From Cupriavidus necator (GTDB taxonomy: Bacteria; Pseudomonadota; Gammaproteobacteria; Burkholderiales; Burkholderiaceae), in the NCBI RefSeq assembly GCF_016127575.1, contig NZ_CP066019.1:2670001-2702000 (forward strand): DNA of 32,000 nucleotides, read 5' to 3'. The notes beneath the pieces were generated by a model that was given only the letters and a program-made list of their open reading frames with translations, was not told the origin of the DNA and made no database searches. The position numbers and the translations under genes were made by a program. Each line of letters opens with the position of its first letter. Positions within the stretch are counted from its first letter, which is position 1. Positions 24,894-32,000 of the stretch are shown here, piece by piece.

Positions 24894-25883
24894 CTAGTTG
24901 ATAAAGCATTGGCATGACTCCATCGCGGGCGGAATGGTCAGCCCGAGTTGCTTGAACTTGGTGGTATTGATGGTGGAAACGTAGTCGTTGGGCGAGGGCG
25001 TCAGCACGGGAAGCGCGGCCGGCGCCGTACCCTTGAGCACGCGCGTTGCCAGGGTCGCGGCATTGACGCCAATGGAGCGGAGCGAAACGGCATAGTTCGC
25101 TGCCGCGATGCCGCTCTTCACAAACTCTGTTTCCGAGCTCAGGATCGGCACTTTCAGCCGGTTCGTCACAGAGGCCACCGCCGGCATTGCTGACTGCACA
25201 AGATTTGAGCCAGTCGCGTACATAAAATCGGTGCCGCGCAGCATCTCTGCTCGCTGAGGGATATCAGCGGTAGTATCGACACTGATCGCCTTGAATGTCA
25301 GCCCTGCCCGCCTGGATGCCTCCTCGAGCTTGCGGGTAGTGGTCACGTCATTCGCTTCGCCAGGGTTGTACAGGGTGCCGAATGACTTGGCGTTCGGAAA
25401 CAGCTTCTTGGCGAAGACCAGGACCGCGTCAAAATCCTGGATATCCGAAGCCCCTACAAAGCGACTGCTGCCATGGTCCCATCCTTCAACCAATCCTGCG
25501 GCAACCGGGTCGGTCACCATGGCGAATACCATGGGAAGTTTTCGGTCGGCCACGGCAGATAGCGCCGTCTGCGAGACCGATGTAGTCAGCGTGAGAATAA
25601 CGGCGGGCTTCCTCGACGCAATCTGCGTAAGCATCTGGGGCATCAAGGCTTGCGTGAAGTTTGCGTCCCCGTAGACATAAGTGGTGTTCTTACCTTCCAC
25701 GTAGCCGCTGCGCGCCATTTCCTCCTTGAATCCGGCAATAGTTTGCGAGATGGATGGGTGTGGGCCAAGGTTGGCAATCCCGATCACGGTTTGCGCATGG
25801 ACAGCGGGCACGAGACCCAGCACGGCACCAACAACGGAGACGCAGGATAAGGTATGCAGCAGGAATCTCTTGTGACGGGGCAT
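24894..25883 (-). CDS. ABC transporter periplasmic substrate-binding protein (PF04392 / COG2984 type)
   Basis: Start re-set to ATG 25883 (MPRHKRFLLHTLSCVSVVGAVLGLVPAVHA signal peptide, AGGA Shine-Dalgarno). The mature part VIGIANLGPHPSISQTIAGFKEEMARSGYVEGKNTTYVY aligns along its whole length with the 16862..17881 paralogue. Confidence 0.85.
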   Translation of the reverse strand: MPRHKRFLLHTLSCVSVVGAVLGLVPAVHAQTVIGIANLGPHPSISQTIAGFKEEMARSGYVEGKNTTYVYGDANFTQALMPQMLTQIASRKPAVILTLTTSVSQTALSAVADRKLPMVFAMVTDPVAAGLVEGWDHGSSRFVGASDIQDFDAVLVFAKKLFPNAKSFGTLYNPGEANDVTTTRKLEEASRRAGLTFKAISVDTTADIPQRAEMLRGTDFMYATGSNLVQSAMPAVASVTNRLKVPILSSETEFVKSGIAAANYAVSLRSIGVNAATLATRVLKGTAPAALPVLTPSPNDYVSTINTTKFKQLGLTIPPAMESCQCFIN

Positions 25884-26299
25884 GGGTATCCTAAGGCATG
25901 GAAAGGACATCGGAGCTGTATGAACAAGGCGTGCAACGCCGTGCCAACCAGGAACTTTTTAGCACCGATTCCGCCTGGTTTCCGCCGCCCCGGCGGACAA
26001 CTTCCGATCAACTTAATGTTTCAGTCGTTTCGCCTCAATTTTCCTGGACCGAACGCCTGGGGTACTGGCCCGAGCAAGGGAAAATGCTGACCTCAACCTC
26101 GGCCACGCACGCTGTCAATGCTCCCAATTGTGGCAATCGAATACCGATTGCTAGGAATTCCGCTCTGAGCCGTCCGATCCGCTTGTCCCCCCTCTTGCCC
26201 TGGCCTAGGCTGCGCTAGCCTCGTGCTGCCCGTGTTGTCAAGCCCGGCTCCATTGCGCCGGCACCGGACCGCGACCTGGCACAAAAAAGGGGAGAGTCA

Positions 26300-27475
26300 A
26301 TGCAGTCAAAGCGGGGAAAAAGCACTAGCAAAGTGCGTAAGGTATGGCAAGTCACGTTGGCGGCCACCATCCTGAGCGGATGCGCGGAAAGCGCGCTCGC
26401 CCAGAGCAGCGTCACGCTTTATGGCTTCCTCTATAGCGGGGTGCGATATGTCAACAACAGCGGTGGCCATCACGTGACGGGATTGGCAACCGGCCCATCG
26501 CGATGGGGCCTGAAAGGCCACGAAGACCTGGGGTCCGGATTGCGCGGCCTGTTTACGCTTGAGAGCGGCTTCGACATGAGCACGGGAAACTCACGGCAGG
26601 GTGGCAGGCTGTTTGGCCGCCAGGCGTATGTCGGGCTCTCTGACCGTTCGGCGGGTACCGTGACACTTGGGCGCCAGTACGACCTGGTAGCGGAGTGGAT
26701 CGCGCCGTTCACCCCACCTGGCAAGTGGAATGGCTATATGGCGCACGTCGGCGACAATGACAATACGAACTGGCAGTTCCGCATCAACAATGCGGTCAAG
26801 TACGTGACGCCAAACTTCGGCGGCTTCCAGGCCGGCGCCATGTATGGTTTTGGCGAAGTTGCAGGCGACAGCCACCGCAATTCGACCATGAGCTTTGGCG
26901 TTACCTACGCCGGCGGCCGTTTTCGCGCCGCCGCCGCTTACTTGCACATCGATAATCCTGCAAGTGCAGTTCCGGAGGGCAACTGGAATACCATCCTTTT
27001 CCCGGCCGTTTCAGCCACGTCGCCACTGCAGCCGAATCGCATCGCCCCGTCGAGCATGTCGGTTGCCGCGCTTGCAGGCCAGTACGATCTCGACAAACTC
27101 AAGCTCGCCGTGTCATTTACCCAGAGCCGCTACAAGGACTTGGGCGATGCCGCGGACGGGCTTACCAACGGTGATGTGCGTTTCAACAATATCGACGTCA
27201 ATGGCTCCTACAGCGTCGCGCCCGCCTGGCAGCTCGGCCTGGGGTACACGTACACAGCCGGGAAGGTGCAACCGACCGGATTCACGCCGAAATATCACCA
27301 GGTCAATGCGGTAAGCAATTATTTCCTCTCCAAGCGAACCATTCTCCAGGCCGCCGTTGCGTACCAACGCGCAGCGGGGGACGCACAGAACGCCTACTTG
27401 CTGTTCGGCAGCAGCGGCGCGTCCAGCACAAGCGGGCAGCTCATGTTGCTGGCGGGTATTTTCCACGTCTTCTAA
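26300..27475 (+). CDS. Outer-membrane porin (Gram-negative general porin, Burkholderiales type)
   Basis: 391 aa. After the signal peptide comes the porin N-terminus QSSVTLYGFLYSGVRYVNN. Alternating beta-strand patterns run throughout and the protein ends in an aromatic residue (...LLAGIFHVF). GGGGAGAG Shine-Dalgarno. Confidence 0.85.
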   Translation: MQSKRGKSTSKVRKVWQVTLAATILSGCAESALAQSSVTLYGFLYSGVRYVNNSGGHHVTGLATGPSRWGLKGHEDLGSGLRGLFTLESGFDMSTGNSRQGGRLFGRQAYVGLSDRSAGTVTLGRQYDLVAEWIAPFTPPGKWNGYMAHVGDNDNTNWQFRINNAVKYVTPNFGGFQAGAMYGFGEVAGDSHRNSTMSFGVTYAGGRFRAAAAYLHIDNPASAVPEGNWNTILFPAVSATSPLQPNRIAPSSMSVAALAGQYDLDKLKLAVSFTQSRYKDLGDAADGLTNGDVRFNNIDVNGSYSVAPAWQLGLGYTYTAGKVQPTGFTPKYHQVNAVSNYFLSKRTILQAAVAYQRAAGDAQNAYLLFGSSGASSTSGQLMLLAGIFHVF

Positions 27476-27498
27476 CCGGGCCCCAGGCATCGCGGCAC

Positions 27499-27519
27499 GG
27501 CGGGGAGATGGCCCCCGCC
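27499..27519 (+). terminator. GC-rich hairpin GGCGGGG-N7-CCCCGCC after the porin gene
   Basis: Read directly, 24 nt after the porin stop. Only TT follows, so it is a weak terminator candidate. Confidence 0.35.
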
Positions 27520-27556
27520 TTGCCGCAGCCTCGCCCAACCTGTTGCACTACTTGTG

Positions 27557-29221
27557 ATGAATCATGAATCCGTGCCGGCCCGCTCAGGGGCCGCTGTTCT
27601 TGCCGACCTGATCCGAGAGTATGGGCACCGGCATGTCTTCCAGATCCCTGGCGAGGGCATCCTCGAGCCACTGGATGCCCTCGCTACCCGCCATCCCGAA
27701 ATCAGCCTCGTCACCTTCCGCCACGAGGCAGGCATGACCTACGCCGCGCAGGCCTACGCGCGGCTTGGCGACCGGCCTTCCATCTGCATGGCGGGTCGCG
27801 CTCCGGGCGCCCTGAACACAGCCCTGGCGCTGCATACCGCCGATACGGATAGTGCGGCGATGATTCTTGTCGTCGGGCAGCCGGCAGCCGCAGAGGCTGA
27901 GCGCGACCCGATGTCAGGATTTGATTTGCAGCAGGCGTTACGCCCGCTCGTCAAGGACGTCATCACTGTCACCACCGCCACGAGACTGCAGGAAGGGATG
28001 ATGCGCGCATGGTGCAAGGCCAGCAGCGGCCGGCCCGGGCCGGTGGTCCTGGTTGTCACCGAAAATGTGTGGCGCGAGGATGCCACCTGCGCTCCGCTGC
28101 CTGCGCCCTCCATACCAGAGCCCGGTCCGGCGCCAGGGCAAGCCGGTGCGGTTGCGGGCCTGCTCCGCGAAGCCCGTCGCCCACTAGTGCTGGTAGGCGG
28201 CAGTGGCTGGAATGACGCAGCGCGACTACGCCTGCATGCCTTGGCACAAGCCCACAACTGGCCAGTCGCCGCTGGCTATCGACGAGCAGATCTGTTCGAC
28301 AACGACGACCCACACTATGCGGGCGAACTCGGCATCGGTCTCAATCCGCTGCTGGCAGAGCGGATAGTGCAAGCCGACCTGATACTCGCCATCAACCTTC
28401 GCCTCGGCGAGATCAATACGTTCGGGACCGGTGGCTTCGGTGGATTCCGTCTGCTCGATGCCCCGCGGCCGGCCCAGCGCCTGGTTCATGTGCATTCCAG
28501 CGCCGACGAACTCAACCGCATTTATCGCGCCGACGTGGCGATCCAAGCTGCTCCAGCGCCCTTTCTTGAGGCGCTTTCAACAGCCCTTTCTGCGACTTCT
28601 TGGTCTTCCCCTGATTCCGACTGGCCAGAGGGCTTTCGCATCGCGCGCGCGGCGTTCGTCGGGAAGGGTGACTGTCCAGGAGCTGTCGACCTGCGAAAAG
28701 TCTTTATGACGCTGCGAGAGCGCCTCCCTGACAACACCGTCTTTACCGCTGGCGCGGGTGCCTACGCGATCTGGCTACATCGCTATCTTGCATTCCGCCA
28801 GCCCGGCACCATGCTTGGCGCCAAGAGCGGTGCCATGGGATACGGATTGCCGGCCGCCATTGGCGCAGCGATGGCGCGGCCGGATCGGCTGGTTGTGGCC
28901 GTGGCCGGCGATGGCTGCCTGCTCATGCATGGTGAAGAACTGGCGACGGCAGTCCAGCAAAATCTGCGCATCATCATTATCGTTATCAATAACCAGGGAT
29001 ATGGCGCCATCCGAAGTGCCCAGATCCGGCAGTTCGGGCGTGCTGTCGGCAGCGCCTTGCGAAACCCGGATTTCGTAGCCTATGCAAGAGCCTTCGGCGC
29101 CCTCGCGGAACGCGTTCAGACGACCGCGGAATTCCTGCCGGCTCTGAAGCGAGTACTGAATGGAACCGGGCCGGCGCTGATCGAGATTGCCGTACCCGAC
29201 ACCGTAGCGAAGCCCGAATGA
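27557..29221 (+). CDS. Thiamine-diphosphate-dependent enzyme (acetolactate synthase / 2-oxoacid decarboxylase superfamily)
   Basis: About 554 aa. N-terminal PYR domain SGAAVLADLIREYGHRHVFQIPGEGIL...FRHEAGMTYAAQAYARL. C-terminal ThDP motif GDGCLLMHGEELATAVQQNLRIIIIVINNQGYG. The tracked start is GTG 27554; ATG 27557 follows directly. Confidence 0.9.
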   Translation: MNHESVPARSGAAVLADLIREYGHRHVFQIPGEGILEPLDALATRHPEISLVTFRHEAGMTYAAQAYARLGDRPSICMAGRAPGALNTALALHTADTDSAAMILVVGQPAAAEAERDPMSGFDLQQALRPLVKDVITVTTATRLQEGMMRAWCKASSGRPGPVVLVVTENVWREDATCAPLPAPSIPEPGPAPGQAGAVAGLLREARRPLVLVGGSGWNDAARLRLHALAQAHNWPVAAGYRRADLFDNDDPHYAGELGIGLNPLLAERIVQADLILAINLRLGEINTFGTGGFGGFRLLDAPRPAQRLVHVHSSADELNRIYRADVAIQAAPAPFLEALSTALSATSWSSPDSDWPEGFRIARAAFVGKGDCPGAVDLRKVFMTLRERLPDNTVFTAGAGAYAIWLHRYLAFRQPGTMLGAKSGAMGYGLPAAIGAAMARPDRLVVAVAGDGCLLMHGEELATAVQQNLRIIIIVINNQGYGAIRSAQIRQFGRAVGSALRNPDFVAYARAFGALAERVQTTAEFLPALKRVLNGTGPALIEIAVPDTVAKPE

Positions 29222-30543
29222 ACCAACCTATCTCCATCGTCGTCGTTGGTGCCGGTATTTCCGGACTCACCGCAGCTTACCGGCTCACGGCTGCCGGCTT
29301 CACCGTCCAGGTTCTGGAAAGCCAATCGGCCGTGGGCGGGCGAATGGCACAACGGCGCGAGGGTCCCATTTCATACAACACCGGTGCGCGCCTGATTTAC
29401 CCGTTTGGCCAGGCGTTTCACTCCTTGCTCGCCGAACTGGATCTGACGCGTGCGCTTGTACCGCTACGCAAGCTCGGCGCAAACGCCGCAATCGGCGGCG
29501 ATCGTTACCGTGTCGAGCTGATGCCTGGCCCGCGCACCCTCATGACGCCCGGGCTGGATTGGCGCAGCCGGATACGCATGGTCGCGGCGGGAGTAGGTCT
29601 CGCGCGCCTGCGCTCGCGTACCGATCCAGACGCTGCGGCCTCATACCTGGAAGGCGACACCGAAACCCTGGCGGATTACATCAGCCGAACCACCACACCC
29701 GCCGTACTGAAGCAACTCATCGAACCCATCTTCCGCGGAACGCGTAGCTGGAATCCGGAGGATATTTCGGCGGCATTCTACGTCAGTACCATGCCGCATC
29801 TGCTCGGCAAGGACACCGTCTACACCCTGGCAGAAGGCATGGGGCAGGTGACTCAGGAACTGGGCCGTCGGGTGCCAGTTCTTTGCGACGCAAGGGCCTA
29901 TGCCATCGAACGACACGCCGAGGGCCAATGCATCGTACGCTATCGGCGCCTCGGACAAGAACATGAGCTGCGCGCGAATGTTGTCGTCTGCGCCACGGAG
30001 GGCGCCCAAGCCGGCAAGCTTATCGTCGATCCTCTCGACGCGGAGCGCTCGATGCTCGAAGCAGTGCGATATAACAAGCTGGGTGTCGTTCACTACGCGC
30101 TGGAAGGGGATATTCCTGCCGAGCTGGAGTTCTCAGGCCGTCAGTCAACGACTCGCATTGCGACCTGGCAACAGTTGCCGGCGGCACCGATCGCAGGACG
30201 TTCGCACGCGCAACTCTACTGTCAGCTGACACCCGAGGCAGCCGAAGAAGCGGATCGCCTCGGCCTGGCCGATTCGCTCGACACCCTTATCCGGTCGGAA
30301 GTCAGGCAGCGCATTCCCCGCTTCGATAGTCGAGTGCACACTATTGTCAACCAGTGGATTCCGTACAAGCTGCCGATCTTCTACCCTGGCTATTGCCGGA
30401 AGGTGGCCGACTTTCTCACCTGGCAGTCTGCCGCGAGACGATCCGTCTACTACTGCGGGGATTACCTGTCCCAAGCGCTCCTGACCGGAGCTTGTGCAAG
30501 CGGCGACTCAATCGCAAAAGCAATCCTGGCGCACCACGGTTAG
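29218..30543 (+). CDS. FAD-dependent oxidoreductase (amine oxidase / protoporphyrinogen-oxidase-like fold)
   Basis: 441 aa. N-terminal dinucleotide-binding motif IVVVGAGISGLTAAYRLTAAGFTVQVLESQSAVGGRM. The C-terminal YYCGDY... segment is typical of the amine-oxidase fold. The start overlaps the ThDP-enzyme stop (ATGA). Confidence 0.8.
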   Translation: MNQPISIVVVGAGISGLTAAYRLTAAGFTVQVLESQSAVGGRMAQRREGPISYNTGARLIYPFGQAFHSLLAELDLTRALVPLRKLGANAAIGGDRYRVELMPGPRTLMTPGLDWRSRIRMVAAGVGLARLRSRTDPDAAASYLEGDTETLADYISRTTTPAVLKQLIEPIFRGTRSWNPEDISAAFYVSTMPHLLGKDTVYTLAEGMGQVTQELGRRVPVLCDARAYAIERHAEGQCIVRYRRLGQEHELRANVVVCATEGAQAGKLIVDPLDAERSMLEAVRYNKLGVVHYALEGDIPAELEFSGRQSTTRIATWQQLPAAPIAGRSHAQLYCQLTPEAAEEADRLGLADSLDTLIRSEVRQRIPRFDSRVHTIVNQWIPYKLPIFYPGYCRKVADFLTWQSAARRSVYYCGDYLSQALLTGACASGDSIAKAILAHHG

Positions 30544-30610
30544 CTCATGGTTCACCAAGGACTGGCTTGGCAAGTAGGATTCAGGCATATCCGGTGCCGC
30601 TGATGAGAAA

Positions 30611-30640
30611 CCCCGGCCACGTTGTGATCCGGGGTATTTG
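30611..30640 (+). terminator. Hairpin CCCCGG-N12-CCGGGG followed by TATTTGG
   Basis: Read directly, 68 nt after the oxidoreductase stop. The stem is short and the loop long, so confidence is low. Confidence 0.3.
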
Positions 30641-30658
30641 GAAGAACTGCTCACGGCC

Positions 30659-30680
30659 CCGCGAACCTATTCGTTCGCGG
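30659..30680. terminator. Perfect 8-bp stem / 6-nt loop hairpin CCGCGAAC-CTATTC-GTTCGCGG between convergent genes
   Basis: Read directly. No U-tract on either strand. Confidence 0.3.
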
Positions 30681-30752
30681 AACGCGCAGAAGACCCGCTA
30701 GCGGTCACGAAATACCCTGAAATTTAGCGAGCCAGACTTTCAGCTGCAACGG

Positions 30753-32000
30753 TCAGGAGATGTTTCCCGCGACTCGCATCTCCTTGTTCTCCTCGCTTAC
30801 GAATTCGTCATCACCTTGCAGTACCCGGCGAGCTTGCGTAAGGTCGAGGTGACCTTCCCACGCTGCGATTGCTACCGCACCTACACAGTTTCCGATCAGG
30901 TTGAGCGCCACCCGGAAGAAGCCCATCAGCTTGTCCACCGACAGGATAAGCGCCACACCCAAAACGGGAATTGCGGGGATGGCAGTCAACGTCGCTGCGA
31001 GCACGACAGTCGCCGACCCGGGGATGCCATGCGCGCCCTTGGAAGTCAGGAGAGAGACCAGGAGAATCAGGGCGAGGGTTCCACCTTCCAACGGCGTGTT
31101 GGTCGCCTGTGCAATGAAGATGACGGCGCACGTCAGCCAAATCGAGAAACCGTCGAGGTTGAACGAGTATCCCGTCGGAATAACAAGCCCCACCGTAGTC
31201 TCTTTCACACCAAGGTGGCGCAACTTTGCCATCACCAGCGGCATCACGGCATCCGATGAACTCGAGCCCAGGGCGATGAGCAGCTCGCTCTTCAGGTAGC
31301 CGATGAACTTGAACAGGCTAAGACCGGAAAGCCGCATCACCACACCCAGCACAAGGAACAGGAAGATTGCGCATGCGGCATAGTAGGCCAGGACCAGTTG
31401 GCCAAGCTGCTGGATGGTGGCAAAGCCAAACTTTCCGACGGTGAAGGCCATCGCCCCTGCAACGCCGAGCGGCGACAGACGAACAATGAAGCCAATGACA
31501 CGAAAAAGGACTTCGGAAAGGCTGTCCATCAGCTGACCCACCATCTTTCCTTTTTCACCGGCGATTTGAAGCGCGCAGCCGAACAGGACTGCAATCAAAA
31601 GCACCTGCAAAATGTCGCCCTTCGCGAAAGCCGAAAGGAAAGTGGACGGAATGATGTTCAGCAAGAAGCTCTTTACGTCCGAAACGTGTGAGGCATTCTC
31701 GACGAAGGTTTGTATCGACTTCGGATCCAGCGTGGATACATCGATATTCATGCCTACGCCAGGCTTCAAGACGTACGTGACGAAGACCCCAATCAGTAGC
31801 GCAATTGTCGTGACAATTTCAAAGTAGATAATTGTCTTGAGCGCTACACGCCCCGCCGTCTTCAGATCCCCTGCATGCAGGATCCCAGTCACGACGAAAC
31901 AGAAAACAATGGGCGCAAGCATCATCTTGATGAGCTTGATAAATGCTTCCGCCAGTGGCAGCAGTTGCACCCCAAAGGACGGGTACACGAAACCAATAAG
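30753..32000 (-). CDS. Dicarboxylate/amino acid:cation symporter (DAACS family, DctA/GltP-like); 5' end beyond the right edge
   Basis: ...AFIKLIKMMLAPIVFCFVVTGI..., ...TGYSFNLDGFSIWLTCAVIFIAQAT..., ...SVDKLMGFFRVALNLIGNCVGAVAIAAWEG are DAACS signatures. The tracked M at 31988 is a GTG inside the reading frame, and the frame remains open to position 32000. Confidence 0.9.
   Translation of the reverse strand, partial: LIGFVYPSFGVQLLPLAEAFIKLIKMMLAPIVFCFVVTGILHAGDLKTAGRVALKTIIYFEIVTTIALLIGVFVTYVLKPGVGMNIDVSTLDPKSIQTFVENASHVSDVKSFLLNIIPSTFLSAFAKGDILQVLLIAVLFGCALQIAGEKGKMVGQLMDSLSEVLFRVIGFIVRLSPLGVAGAMAFTVGKFGFATIQQLGQLVLAYYAACAIFLFLVLGVVMRLSGLSLFKFIGYLKSELLIALGSSSSDAVMPLVMAKLRHLGVKETTVGLVIPTGYSFNLDGFSIWLTCAVIFIAQATNTPLEGGTLALILLVSLLTSKGAHGIPGSATVVLAATLTAIPAIPVLGVALILSVDKLMGFFRVALNLIGNCVGAVAIAAWEGHLDLTQARRVLQGDDEFVSEENKEMRVAGNIS

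Noticed and set aside
1-32000. Searched by eye for CRISPR arrays, tRNA/rRNA genes, integrases, toxin-antitoxin pairs and phage or defence modules
   Set aside because: I noticed no regularly spaced direct repeats, cloverleaf-like sequence or recombinase or defence-type ORF. All intergenic ORFs in the track look like noise. A tRNAscan, Rfam or defence-HMM run would be needed to exclude them formally.

Overview
High-GC betaproteobacterial DNA. It looks like Burkholderiales (Cupriavidus/Ralstonia type), judged from Bug-family receptors, the porin type and GC3-rich codons. No database search was possible.

Left end (1-4920, minus strand): a type VI secretion core operon, tssB-tssC-hcp-tssE-tssF. 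tssF runs off the left edge and is missing from the ORF track; I translated it by hand. An 844-bp non-coding gap follows, then a divergently oriented orphan NarL/FixJ-type response regulator whose receiver lacks the canonical Asp-Asp acidic pair.

From about 6.45 kb the composition drops and the window becomes a patchwork of catabolic and transport modules:
- LysR regulator, family III CoA-transferase, Bug receptor, a 1242-aa fused HyuA/HyuB (oxoprolinase-like) enzyme, and a second Bug receptor.
- AraC regulator, aldehyde dehydrogenase, a PF04392-type solute receptor and a racemase-fold protein, divergent from a UbiD/UbiX prFMN decarboxylase pair.
- A complete ABC importer: a paralogous receptor, ATPase and permease.
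- A porin followed by a translationally coupled ThDP enzyme and FAD oxidase.
- A partial DctA-like symporter at the right edge.

I saw no rRNA, tRNA, CRISPR array or intact mobile element. I did not find a clear-cut new defence-type system. The best candidates for undescribed biology are the unusual gene combinations around UbiD/UbiX, the fused HyuAB enzyme and the ThDP/FAD pair, plus the atypical regulator beside the T6SS. All functional links are inference from family membership and synteny.
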